From an uncultured Ruminococcus sp. (lineage in GTDB: Bacteria > Bacillota > Clostridia > Oscillospirales > CAG-272), in assembly GCA_964579135.1 (NCBI GenBank), contig CAZOFD010000006.1, positions 1-61,262 of the forward strand: DNA of 61,262 nt, in the 5' to 3' direction. Position 1 is the stretch's first letter. Each line of letters starts with the position of its first letter. This document shows, one piece after another, positions 10,354 to 20,245 of this stretch. Under the pieces are notes generated by a model that searched no databases, was not told the origin of the DNA, and was given only the letters and a program-made list of their open reading frames with translations. The position numbers and the translations under genes were made by a program.

Positions 10354-10486
10354 GAAATATAGAATAATATGGTGCGTTCGCGGAGCGAAAATATTATATT
10401 TTTTCCTTTTTGATATGGCTTTTTGAGTTCGGATGTTGTATAATATAATCGTTTTATATTTGTCTTGAAAGGAAAAGCGTGTCCAA

Positions 10487-13243
10487 ATGAAGCTCGAAAC
10501 ACTTCTTTTCGGTGATTACAGCAAAAAACAGATAAAAAAGATAAGTCGCGCGGCGGATGCCGTCGAAGCGCTCTCGGAGAAATATTCCGCTATGAGCGAG
10601 GCGGAACTGCGCGGCGTTACCGATATACTGCGCGCGAGGCTTGCCGCGGGCGAAACGCTTGACGAACTGTTGCCCGACGCATTTGCCGCCGCGCGCGAGG
10701 CAGCCGACAGGATACTCGGCAAAAGGCCGTTTTACGTACAGATCCTCGGCGGCATACTGCTCCACCAGGGGCGCATAGCCGAGATGAAGACCGGAGAGGG
10801 AAAAACTCTCGTGGCGACGATGCCCGCTTATCTCAACGCGATAGAGGGCAAGGGCGTGCATATAGTCACCGTTAACGAATATCTCGCGCAGCGCGACGCC
10901 GCCGAAATGGGCAGGATATACGAATATCTCGGGCTGACGACGGGCGTACTGCTCAAAAATATGTCAGTAAGGCAAAAGCAGGCGCAGTATGCCGCGGACG
11001 TAACGTACGGAACGAACAGCGAATTCGGATTCGATTATCTGCGCGACAATATAGCGAAATCGCGCGGCAATCTCCTGCAAAGAGGACACAATTTTTGCAT
11101 AATCGACGAGGTCGACTCCATACTGATAGACGAGGCTCGCACACCCCTTATCATCTCGGGCGTCAGCGAAAAAACGGACGATATATACGACAAGTGCAAC
11201 GCCGTCGTTCGCAAGATGAAAAAGAAGGTGCTTAAAGAGATCGACGCAAAAGAGGAGACCGACGACGAAGAATTCGACTATATAGTCGACGAAAAGCGTA
11301 ATTCGGCGCTTATCACTCCGCGAGGCGTAAGAAAAGTCGAAGAGTTCTTCGGTATCGAAAACCTCAACGACCCGGAAAACGCCGTTATCGCGCACAACGT
11401 AAATCAGTCGATACACGCTTACGGCGTTAAAAAGCGTGACGTCGATTACGTTATCGTCGACGGCGAGGTCGTGATAGTCGACCCCTTTACGGGCAGACTT
11501 ATGCCGGGCAGACGCTATCAGGACGGCTTGCACCAAGCCATAGAGGCGAAAGAGGGCGTCAGCGTGCAGGGCGAATCCCGCGTCAGCGCGACGATCACGA
11601 TACAAAATTATTTCAGGATGTACCGCAAGCTTTCGGGAATGACCGGTACCGCAAAAACGGAAGAGGACGAATTTCGTCAGATATACGGTCTCGACGTAGT
11701 GGAAGTGCCCACGAACAGACCGATGATACGAAAGGATTATCCCGACCGCGTCTTTACGAACGAGGAGTTTAAATACAAAGCCGTCGTCGCTTACGTAAAG
11801 GCGTGCAACGAAAAAGGGCAACCCGTGCTGATAGGAACGGCGTCGGTCGAAAAATCCGAGCTTCTCTCAAAGCGCTTGCGTGCGGCGGGGATACGCCACA
11901 ACGTGCTCAACGCTAAAAATCACGAGCGCGAGGCGGAGATCATTGCCGAAGCCGGCAGACCCTACGCCGTTACGCTTGCAACCAATATGGCGGGGCGCGG
12001 AACGGACATTATGCTCGGAGGCAACGCGGAGCATATGGCAAAAGCAGAGATGCGGCGCCTCGGCATACGCCCCGAACTTATAGCGCAGGCTACGGGTACG
12101 ACGCCCACCGACGACCCCGACGTTCGCAACGCTCGCAACACCTTTAAGATCTATTACGAAAAATTCAAAGAGCAGATAGCCCCCGACAGAGAGCGCGTTA
12201 TTGCCGCGGGCGGACTTTGCATTATCGGCTCCGAACGTCACGAATCGCGCAGGATAGACAATCAGTTGCGCGGCCGTGCCGGAAGACAGGGCGACCCCGG
12301 CGAATCCACTTTTTTCATCTCGCTTGAGGACGATATTATGCGCCTTTTCGGAGACGAGCGTATGCGCCGCTTCAGCGTGATGTCCTCGCGTATGCTGCAG
12401 GACAGCGACGGCGATCTTTCTGGCAGCGGCAGATTGCTCGGCGACGTTATGGAAAAAGCGCAAAAACGCGTTGAGTCCGAGAACTTCAAACGCAGAAAGA
12501 ACGTGCTTCAGTACGACGACGTGCTGAACGACCAGCGCAGGCAGATATACGAGCAAAGGAACGAGATACTTATGGAGGGCAACGTATCCGACAAGATACG
12601 CGCTATGATAAGCTCTACCGTAGACGAAGCCGTGTCGCTTGCCGCGCCGACCGAGGAAGAGCACGCTTGGGACGTCGGCGCCTTGTATCGCGCTTATCTC
12701 GGATGGGGGTGCGCCGAGGGCGAGCTTGATTTTGCCGCGGCGGATGCGCACGGAGCGGAGGAGCGACTGCGCGACCTTATCACGGGGCACTGCCTCGATC
12801 TTTACCGCTCGCGCCGCGAGACCTTGGGCGAAGAGATCTTCGGCAAATATGAAAGATTCGTTTTGCTTTATAATATTGACGAGTCGTGGCTCGACCATAT
12901 CGACGGGATGGAAAATCTCGAAAGAAACGTTATGCTCCAAGCGTATGCGCAACGCGACCCGCTGAACGAATATAAGATAGTCGGATCGCATATGTACTCG
13001 GATATGATAGACGAGATCCGCCAAAAAACGGTTCGCGAGATCCTTACGGGGCGCTTGCCCGAGGTGGTCGTCACTCCGCCGCCTGAGATGCGCAACGTAC
13101 GAGAGGGGCGCACGGGCACCTCGACGAAAAACGCGCCGAATCGGTCACAGACCAAAAAAACGGGACCTAACGAGCCGTGCCCCTGCGGAAGCGGTAAAAA
13201 ATACAAAAAATGCTGCGGTGCACGCAGCGCGAACGTGGAGTAA
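10487..13243 (+). CDS. secA: Preprotein translocase ATPase SecA
   Basis: EMKTGEGKT, DEVDSILIDEARTPLIISG, TNMAGRGTDI, RRIDNQLRGRAGRQGDPG and C-terminal CPCGSGKKYKKCC. Confidence 0.99.
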   Translation: MKLETLLFGDYSKKQIKKISRAADAVEALSEKYSAMSEAELRGVTDILRARLAAGETLDELLPDAFAAAREAADRILGKRPFYVQILGGILLHQGRIAEMKTGEGKTLVATMPAYLNAIEGKGVHIVTVNEYLAQRDAAEMGRIYEYLGLTTGVLLKNMSVRQKQAQYAADVTYGTNSEFGFDYLRDNIAKSRGNLLQRGHNFCIIDEVDSILIDEARTPLIISGVSEKTDDIYDKCNAVVRKMKKKVLKEIDAKEETDDEEFDYIVDEKRNSALITPRGVRKVEEFFGIENLNDPENAVIAHNVNQSIHAYGVKKRDVDYVIVDGEVVIVDPFTGRLMPGRRYQDGLHQAIEAKEGVSVQGESRVSATITIQNYFRMYRKLSGMTGTAKTEEDEFRQIYGLDVVEVPTNRPMIRKDYPDRVFTNEEFKYKAVVAYVKACNEKGQPVLIGTASVEKSELLSKRLRAAGIRHNVLNAKNHEREAEIIAEAGRPYAVTLATNMAGRGTDIMLGGNAEHMAKAEMRRLGIRPELIAQATGTTPTDDPDVRNARNTFKIYYEKFKEQIAPDRERVIAAGGLCIIGSERHESRRIDNQLRGRAGRQGDPGESTFFISLEDDIMRLFGDERMRRFSVMSSRMLQDSDGDLSGSGRLLGDVMEKAQKRVESENFKRRKNVLQYDDVLNDQRRQIYEQRNEILMEGNVSDKIRAMISSTVDEAVSLAAPTEEEHAWDVGALYRAYLGWGCAEGELDFAAADAHGAEERLRDLITGHCLDLYRSRRETLGEEIFGKYERFVLLYNIDESWLDHIDGMENLERNVMLQAYAQRDPLNEYKIVGSHMYSDMIDEIRQKTVREILTGRLPEVVVTPPPEMRNVREGRTGTSTKNAPNRSQTKKTGPNEPCPCGSGKKYKKCCGARSANVE

Positions 13244-13245
13244 GT

Positions 13246-13950
13246 ATGGGATACGGATATCTGTTTGTCGGTTACGTTTTCGCGTTTGTGCTTTCTCTTG
13301 TGCCGCACGGATGGTCTTTTGCTCTCGTAGGTTGTCTCCTTATGGGGCGAGCGGCGGTGCTTTTGCGGGAATATTACGAAAGTTACAAGTTTTCGTTGCT
13401 TGCGGATTGCCTGCTCGTTTCGCTTAACGTTTTGCGCGGGATTGCGGACGTGGGGGCGGTGCTCGGGCTCGAGGAGCAGACGCAGGCGGCGCTTTCGTCG
13501 ATTGCGGACGGAGCTATGCCCGTTACGGTATTCGCCTTTAACTTGGCGCTGCTTTACTCGTTGCGCGAGACCGCAAGCGACGTGAAACTTGACGAAAAAA
13601 AGCACACGGTATACTTGAATTTCGCGATCGTCGCAGCCGAAAACGTTTTGTATGCCGCCGCGATAGCGTACGCGCCTCTGACGGTTTTTCAGTATTTGGC
13701 GCAGATAGTGCGGATAATAACCTTTTCCGTGATGCTTTTCGGCTTTTATATGCGCGTTTGCCCCGAGAACGACGCGGATATGACGGCAAAACCGTCGCGC
13801 TCGCGTATTTTTAACAGAGCTCGCGAAGAACTCGATCGCGGCGAGAAAAAAGCCGCGCGCGCCATCGAGTCGCAGATCCGTCGCGACAGAGAAAAACGGC
13901 TTGACGACGAACAAAAAAGCGGCGCGAGCCGCGGCAAAAAAAGAAAATAA
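13246..13950 (+). CDS. Hypothetical polytopic membrane protein (about 5 TM, basic C-tail)
   Basis: ATG 2 nt after the secA stop, preceded by GGAG. Alternating hydrophobic segments and a charged C-terminus. Confidence 0.8.
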   Translation: MGYGYLFVGYVFAFVLSLVPHGWSFALVGCLLMGRAAVLLREYYESYKFSLLADCLLVSLNVLRGIADVGAVLGLEEQTQAALSSIADGAMPVTVFAFNLALLYSLRETASDVKLDEKKHTVYLNFAIVAAENVLYAAAIAYAPLTVFQYLAQIVRIITFSVMLFGFYMRVCPENDADMTAKPSRSRIFNRAREELDRGEKKAARAIESQIRRDREKRLDDEQKSGASRGKKRK

Positions 13951-14003
13951 AAAGCAAGAGGGTCGTCCGTTGCGGCGGAAAGCCGACGCGGAGGAAATAT
14001 CCG

Positions 14004-15491
14004 ATGATAAGACAAAAGCAGAAACGAAATAACGAAGAAAAGATAAAAAGAGCCGTACGATTGCGAGGCACCGGCTTTGCCGCAATGAGCGTCGCGGTGT
14101 TCTTTATCTTTAACCCCGACGTGTTTGCGATAGTCGACGTGCTCCCCGATTTTATCGGTTACGCGATCGTTTGCCTATCTCTTTTGAAATTGCGTGATAT
14201 ATCGCCGCATATGGAGACCGCTTTCGGCGGATTTAAAAAGGCTGCGCTTTTGTCGGCTGCAAAATATTTGGCACTGTACTTAACTTTTGCGCTCTCCGGC
14301 GGGAGCGAGCGCTCTATGCTGCTCCTTTTGTGGGCGTTTGTTTTTGCCGTTGCGGACGTATTGGCGGTCGTGCCCGCGTGGCGTGCGTATTTCGAGGGGA
14401 TCTCGTATACGGCGCAAACGGGCGACTCGTCTTTTGTCCTTTCGGACGACGGACGCGGAAAGAGCAGGATTGCGAAGATCGAACGGGCGACAGTCGCGTT
14501 TATCATCGCTAAGGACGTGCTTGCCGTTCTGCCGGAGACTGCCACGCTGTCCTCGCACATAGCTTACGACGACACGGCTTTTGATTTTTCGCCGTATTTG
14601 AATATGTTTCGCGTTTTTTCGTTCTTTGCGTCGCTTGTCGTGTGCTCGGTCTGGCTCGTGCTTATCCTGAGGTGGCTCTCGCGTGCGCGCACCGACCGTG
14701 CTTTTGCCGCGAGCGTGAGCGAGCGAACGGCGCGTATGCGCAAAGAGCGCCCCGGATTTTTTATTCGTCGCCGTGTCAAATACGTTTTTACACTTTTTAT
14801 CGTCGCAGCCGTGCTCGGAACGGAAATCGTCGCAGACAACGTGATCTTGCCGCCGGGTCTGCTTTGCGGCGGTGCGTTTTTCGCTCTGTTCGCGCTTTGC
14901 CGCGGGTACTCTTCGCGTCTTTGTGCGGCGGGGACTGCCGTCTCTTGTGCCTACGGCGCGGTATCGACTGTGTTTGAGATCGTATACCGACGTTTCTATT
15001 CCGAATATTCCGTGTCGCGCGTTTTTGCCGACGGCGATACGTTTAAAAGTTATGCCGTTCTTTGCTCGGTGAAGATTTTGAGGGAATTGCTCCTTGCGGC
15101 GGCGTTCGTGCTTGCGCTTGCGGTGGTAAAGAGGCTTGCCGACGAGCACTGCGGCGACGGTGGGGAGCGTAATCGTAGCGCCCTTGCCGACTTTAGACGC
15201 GATATAGGCAAAAAACAAGCCGTATGCGCTGTATTGGCGACCGTTTCTTCGTTCGTGTCGCTCCTGTCTCTGCTTATGCCGTTGGCTCGGCGCGAGAGCC
15301 TCGAGACTTTTTTCTCCAAGATATTCGTCGATAATTCGCGCGCCGTCGCCGTCGCGGTATCGGCGGCGCAAAAGGTGGCGGGAGAGTGGTGGATAGCGGC
15401 GCTTGCCTGCGAGATTGGGCTTGCGGTCGCCGTTTACTCGTTCGTCGGCGAGATACGTCTCGGCATAGACGTAAGATACGGCGACGATTGA
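14004..15491 (+). CDS. Hypothetical polytopic membrane protein (about 10-11 TM)
   Basis: RBS GGAGG. Many hydrophobic stretches and a DVLPDFIGY motif. Confidence 0.82.
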   Translation: MIRQKQKRNNEEKIKRAVRLRGTGFAAMSVAVFFIFNPDVFAIVDVLPDFIGYAIVCLSLLKLRDISPHMETAFGGFKKAALLSAAKYLALYLTFALSGGSERSMLLLLWAFVFAVADVLAVVPAWRAYFEGISYTAQTGDSSFVLSDDGRGKSRIAKIERATVAFIIAKDVLAVLPETATLSSHIAYDDTAFDFSPYLNMFRVFSFFASLVVCSVWLVLILRWLSRARTDRAFAASVSERTARMRKERPGFFIRRRVKYVFTLFIVAAVLGTEIVADNVILPPGLLCGGAFFALFALCRGYSSRLCAAGTAVSCAYGAVSTVFEIVYRRFYSEYSVSRVFADGDTFKSYAVLCSVKILRELLLAAAFVLALAVVKRLADEHCGDGGERNRSALADFRRDIGKKQAVCAVLATVSSFVSLLSLLMPLARRESLETFFSKIFVDNSRAVAVAVSAAQKVAGEWWIAALACEIGLAVAVYSFVGEIRLGIDVRYGDD

Positions 15492-15599
15492 TATTAAGGT
15501 GCGGTACCGGTTGCCGCCGGCGCGTGACGGGAATGCGCCGAGCACGCGAAAAGATATTTTACGAAAGGCGGCTTTTGAAGCGAAAGCCCTAAAATACAT

Positions 15600-18044
15600 A
15601 TGGAACTCGAGCTTAAAGAAAGATATTTAAAAGCCAAGCGACGTCTTTTCGACAGAGCTTGCTCGAACTTAAACGAAAAGCAAAGGGAAGCGGTATTCAC
15701 CACCGACGGCCCGTTGCTTGTTATCGCGGGTGCCGGAAGCGGAAAAACGACCGTTCTCGTCCGCAGGATCGCGCAGATAATCAAATACGGAAACGCATAT
15801 GCTTCCGATAGCGTCCCGAGCGACGTTTCGCCCGAGACCGTAGCGGCGCTCGAGGCTGCTTGCGAGCTTGCGCCGAGCGACGTCGAGCCCATCCTCGAAG
15901 AGTTTGCCGCCGCGCCGTGCGCCCCGTGGAATATGCTTGCGATAACTTTTACGAACAAAGCGGCAAAAGAGATAGCGGAGCGTCTTGAGGGCGTTTTCGG
16001 CGACCGCGAGGCGGTAAAAGACATTTGGACGGGCACTTTCCACTCCGTTTGTATGCGCATTTTGCGCGCTCACGGCGCGGTGCGCGGATACGGAGCGCAC
16101 ACAACGATATACGATACGGACGACACGAAAAAGCTTCTTGCCTCCGTAATGAAAGAGCTTAATATCGACGACAAGCAGTTCCCGCCGAAGACCGTGGCGA
16201 ATACGATAAGCCGCGCCAAGGAGCGGCTCGAGACCCCGGAGGATTACCTTGCGAATTCAAGCGCGGGCTATCGCGAAAAGATATTTGCCAAAATTTATGC
16301 CGAATATCAAAAAAGACTTGCCGCGTCGGGTGCTCTTGATTTTGACGATATAATAATGCAAACCGTTTTGCTTTTGCGCGAGTACGCCGATATAAGGGCG
16401 TATTATGCGAAAAAATTCAGATATATCTGCGTTGACGAGTATCAGGATACGAACACGGCGCAGTTCGAGCTGTGCTCGCTTCTTGCCTCCGAGTGGAAGA
16501 ATATTATGGTCGTGGGAGACGACGACCAAAGCATATATCGTTTCCGCGGTGCGACGATAGAAAACATCCTGAGCTTTGACAAAACGTATCCGCAAGCCAA
16601 GGTGATAAAACTCGAGCAAAATTACAGATCTACCAAAAATATTCTCGACGCGGCGAATGCCGTGATCGCGAAAAATCAAAAGAGAAGGGCGAAATCGCTT
16701 TGGACGCAAAACGTCGAGGGGACGCTGCTTACGTATGAACTTTGCGACACGCAAAACGCGGAATCGCGAAAGATCGTCGACCTGATAAACGGGCTTGTTG
16801 CCGAGGGGCGCTATTCGTATCGGGATTTTGCCGTTCTTTACCGAGTTAACGCGCAGGGAAGCGAGATAGAGCGGACTTTTGCGAAAAGCGGTGTGCCTTA
16901 CAGGATCTGCGGCGGTCTCAGATTTACGGACCGTAAAGAGATAAAGGATATAGTAGCGTACCTGCAACTTATAAACAATCACGCGGACACCGTTCGCCTG
17001 AAACGCATTATAAACGAGCCGAAAAGAAAGATCGGAGAAACGACGATCGCCGCGGTGGAAGCCATAGCGAACGAGACCGGCGCGTCCGTTTTCGACGTAC
17101 TCGGCAAGAGCGCGGAGTACGTTGCTCTCGGTCGTACGGCGAAAACGCTGCGTGCGTTTTACGATATGATAACGGAGCTCGGCGCTATTCTCGAGGGCGG
17201 ATGCCCGCTTGACGCTTTCGTTGATACGGTACTTGAAAAAACCGGATATCGCGCTATGCTCGAGAGCGGCGGCGAGGGCGAAAAAGACCGGCTCGATAAT
17301 ATCGAAGAGTTCAAATCCGGCGTTATAGAATATATGAACGCCAACGAAGAGCCGACTCTTTCGGGATTTCTCGAAGAGACGTCGCTCGTTGCCGACGTTG
17401 ACCGTTACGACGAAACGGCGGACGCCGTCGTACTTATGACGGTGCACAGCGCGAAAGGACTCGAATTCCCGGTAGCCATTCTCCCCGGAATGGAGGACGG
17501 GATATTCCCGAGTCAGCAGGCTATGAACGACCCCGACGAGCTTGACGAGGAGCGGCGGCTTGCCTACGTTGCCATCACACGTGCGAAAAAGGAGCTTTAT
17601 CTTTTCGCGGCGGATACGCGAATGCTGTACGGCAGAACGATGCGCAACCCGACGTCGCGATTTGTAAAAGATATCCCCCCCGAACTGATATGCGACAAGA
17701 CTCCGCCGAAAGAGAGAGCGCTCGAAGCGTATGCGCCCCACCGCACGTACGGAGGTGCGCACGCGGTCGGCACGGGCGCGCCTCGCGTGTATCTTTCTTC
17801 CGGGACAAAAGCAGCTTCGCCTTTGGCGAAAGACAGCCTGACCCTAAATAAGACCGTTGCGGCGCGAGGTGGCGTCGGCAAGGCGTTCGAGCCGGGGCAA
17901 TCTGTAAAGCACCCGACTTTCGGCGTCGGGGAGATTCTTTCCGTCAAGCAGATGGGGTCGGACAGGCTTTACGAGGTCATATTCGAAAAAGTGGGGACGA
18001 AAAAGCTTATGGCAAGCTATGCCAAACTTACCCCCGTCAAATAA
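15600..18044 (+). CDS. pcrA: ATP-dependent DNA helicase PcrA/UvrD
   Basis: AGAGSGKT, TFTNKAA, VDEYQDTN, GDDDQSIYRFRGA, LEQNYRS, HSAKGLEF, EERRLAYVAITRA and a C-terminal Tudor-like domain. Confidence 0.97.
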   Translation: MELELKERYLKAKRRLFDRACSNLNEKQREAVFTTDGPLLVIAGAGSGKTTVLVRRIAQIIKYGNAYASDSVPSDVSPETVAALEAACELAPSDVEPILEEFAAAPCAPWNMLAITFTNKAAKEIAERLEGVFGDREAVKDIWTGTFHSVCMRILRAHGAVRGYGAHTTIYDTDDTKKLLASVMKELNIDDKQFPPKTVANTISRAKERLETPEDYLANSSAGYREKIFAKIYAEYQKRLAASGALDFDDIIMQTVLLLREYADIRAYYAKKFRYICVDEYQDTNTAQFELCSLLASEWKNIMVVGDDDQSIYRFRGATIENILSFDKTYPQAKVIKLEQNYRSTKNILDAANAVIAKNQKRRAKSLWTQNVEGTLLTYELCDTQNAESRKIVDLINGLVAEGRYSYRDFAVLYRVNAQGSEIERTFAKSGVPYRICGGLRFTDRKEIKDIVAYLQLINNHADTVRLKRIINEPKRKIGETTIAAVEAIANETGASVFDVLGKSAEYVALGRTAKTLRAFYDMITELGAILEGGCPLDAFVDTVLEKTGYRAMLESGGEGEKDRLDNIEEFKSGVIEYMNANEEPTLSGFLEETSLVADVDRYDETADAVVLMTVHSAKGLEFPVAILPGMEDGIFPSQQAMNDPDELDEERRLAYVAITRAKKELYLFAADTRMLYGRTMRNPTSRFVKDIPPELICDKTPPKERALEAYAPHRTYGGAHAVGTGAPRVYLSSGTKAASPLAKDSLTLNKTVAARGGVGKAFEPGQSVKHPTFGVGEILSVKQMGSDRLYEVIFEKVGTKKLMASYAKLTPVK

Positions 18045-18046
18045 AT

Positions 18047-18090
18047 AAAAACGCAGCGGCAAAGGTCGTATCTTTGTCGCTGCGTTTTTT
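18047..18090. terminator. Bidirectional terminator between pcrA and the DUF4097 gene
   Basis: AAAAACGCAGCGGCAAAG...CTTTGTCGCTGCGTTTTT with A- and T-tracts on both sides. Confidence 0.85.
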
Positions 18091-19049
18091 CAGTGTATTT
18101 TTATCTTGCCTTCGGTGACGGTCACGTCTATCGAACGGTCTTTAACCGCCGAAGTCGCGTTGTCGTCGGCTCCCGTTCCGTCGCTTGGCTTTTGAGCCGC
18201 GTCGAGGAAAGAGTACATCCGTCCAACGTCGCTGCCCCAAAGGAGTATCTTGCCCTTTTCGGATGAAAGAGTAACGTCAAGACCGGCGAAGTCGTCTTCG
18301 ATCCTGTCGTAATCGAACTCGCCGCTTTTGATATCGGCGAATATATAACTCGAAAACGATGATTCGCCGACGGATACGTAGCCGACCACGGCGTTTATTT
18401 CAAGACCGCGCGCCTCAACGTTTTCGATCGATACGGTCGAGTCCGCCGCAGATTCGACGATTATGCTCGAATCCGTCGTGACGTTTTTAACGGTCAAATC
18501 GCCCTCGGTGAGTTTGAACTTGTAGTCGCACTCGCCGGAGAGGTCGACGGCAAAAACGTCGGAGTTGCCCTTTGCCGTAACGTCTATCTTCGTCAGCGGC
18601 GAGTCGGCGGTGAGATATATATTGATCGTTCTTTGTTTGCTTTTGTATTTAAAGTAGTGCAGATAGTCGCGAAATCCGTTGAAATTGATTTTAAAATTCT
18701 CGAGATCCACGATGGTGGAAAGCCCCGAATTATCGCTGATCTGGAGCGAGGATTTGCCTTGGGTGTAGGTATACGTTCCGTCGGTAAAGTTTACGAGTTC
18801 GACCTTGTTTTCACTTTGGTTTCCGTATATGTGAACGTTAACGTCGGATACGTTTACGACGATCTTTTTGATGTCTTCGTAGTTTTCCACGATTCTTGTC
18901 GTTACGTAATTGTTGTTTTCGTCGCCCGTTTGCGAGAAAAGGGAAATCCCCTCGGCGGCAGCCATATTGTTTGCGCTCATACACAAGAGCAGACCGAGGC
19001 AAGCGACGAGCACAGCCACTATCAAAAAGATAACGGAAGTGGGTTTCAT
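18090..19049 (-). CDS. DUF4097-like beta-strand repeat membrane-anchored protein
   Basis: N-terminal TM helix, then repeated beta-strand units (LTEGDLTV, IKSGEFDY, SEKGKILL, VTEGKIKI). ATGA overlap with the upstream gene. Confidence 0.7.
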   Translation of the reverse strand: MKPTSVIFLIVAVLVACLGLLLCMSANNMAAAEGISLFSQTGDENNNYVTTRIVENYEDIKKIVVNVSDVNVHIYGNQSENKVELVNFTDGTYTYTQGKSSLQISDNSGLSTIVDLENFKINFNGFRDYLHYFKYKSKQRTINIYLTADSPLTKIDVTAKGNSDVFAVDLSGECDYKFKLTEGDLTVKNVTTDSSIIVESAADSTVSIENVEARGLEINAVVGYVSVGESSFSSYIFADIKSGEFDYDRIEDDFAGLDVTLSSEKGKILLWGSDVGRMYSFLDAAQKPSDGTGADDNATSAVKDRSIDVTVTEGKIKIH

Positions 19050-20041
19050 AATCTTTCACACGCTCCTTTGGCGGCGTAATAAGCCTCGCGAGATTTGTAA
19101 ACGCCGAATTTGAACAACCTTGCCAGTTGTTTCATAGCGAACGGTATCAGCCGTACCGCAAAATTGTAAAGCAGCACGCCCGCAAAAAGCACGGCGGCGG
19201 CGACGATGACCGCAAGCCCGATCTCGAAAAATCCGACAGCCGTCGCTTTTTCTATCAGTTGTACGACGCCGTAAACGAGCCCAACGAGCGAGACGACCGT
19301 GCCGGCGGAAACGAAAAGTATCAAAAAAGCTATGGCGAGTATCATTCCGAGCGCGAGGAACAGCCAAAATCCGAGGTAAAGCAGCACCGCAACGAGCGCG
19401 GCTATCACGGCAAGCGGAATAGCGACGCAAACGACGACCTTAAAGAGCTTTTCGTTCTCTTGGGGGACGGGATTTGCGGGGGATTTTTCTTTCCGCGCGT
19501 TTTCGCTTGCGTTATTCGATTTGTTCGCCGGTGAGGGCGAGTTCTGTTTTGCGGGGACGGAGAATCTCGGCTTTTTCCCGTCCGCGCGTTTTTTCGCGTT
19601 TTTCGCCGCGACGTCGGAGCGGTGCTCGCGCTTTTTGTCCCTTGCCGCGAGCAGGCGATCCTCCGCGTTCCTGTTCGGCGCGAATTTGTCAACGTTTTTG
19701 GGCGTTTGCGCTACGGCTTTTGCGGCGGGGCACTCGCTTTTTGCGCTTTTTCCGTCGTATCTTTTAACGTCGGATTCACGTTCTGCGCGAGCGGCGTTTT
19801 GCACGATCTCATCGGATACGTGAGCCGGGCGTCGCTGCTCTGCGCCCGGAGATTTGGGGGCGCTTGCGAGAGCTTTGGCGATGCCGTCCGCCATATCAGC
19901 GGGGTCGACGTCGATATCCTCCATACCGCTGTTGTCGATGTACGAAAGAACTCGCTCGACTTGGGCGTTGATAACGCTTTGCTCGATACCCATATTCGTC
20001 AAATGCTTTACGAGCGATTCCGCAAATTCGTTTTTCTTCAT
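19046..20041 (-). CDS. DUF1700-like membrane protein with a long low-complexity linker
   Basis: N-terminus MKKNEFAESLVKHL...DPADMA resembles DUF1700. A Lys/Ala/Pro-rich linker precedes three or four C-terminal hydrophobic helices. Coupled to a DUF4097 gene. Confidence 0.65.
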   Translation of the reverse strand: MKKNEFAESLVKHLTNMGIEQSVINAQVERVLSYIDNSGMEDIDVDPADMADGIAKALASAPKSPGAEQRRPAHVSDEIVQNAARAERESDVKRYDGKSAKSECPAAKAVAQTPKNVDKFAPNRNAEDRLLAARDKKREHRSDVAAKNAKKRADGKKPRFSVPAKQNSPSPANKSNNASENARKEKSPANPVPQENEKLFKVVVCVAIPLAVIAALVAVLLYLGFWLFLALGMILAIAFLILFVSAGTVVSLVGLVYGVVQLIEKATAVGFFEIGLAVIVAAAVLFAGVLLYNFAVRLIPFAMKQLARLFKFGVYKSREAYYAAKGACERL

Positions 20042-20215
20042 TTTACTGTGCTTTTATGGATAAAAAGCGTCCTTTCTCGAGGAAATGGATCTGCAGGCAG
20101 GTATGGCGTGCGAACTTTACCTGCCGCAGGCAATATTTTTCGCATAATTTAAAAAACGTTGCGCACAGGTGCGAAAAATGTGATATAATGGTAGTTGCAA
20201 CAACGCATTTTTTTT

Positions 20216-20244
20216 ATTATAACAGATTCAGAGAGAAAATTCAA
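20216..20244 (-). promoter_or_regulatory. Sigma-A promoter of the DUF1700/DUF4097 operon
   Basis: Minus strand TTGAAT-N17-TATAAT with an extended -10 TG. Confidence 0.6.
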
Positions 20245-20245
20245 G

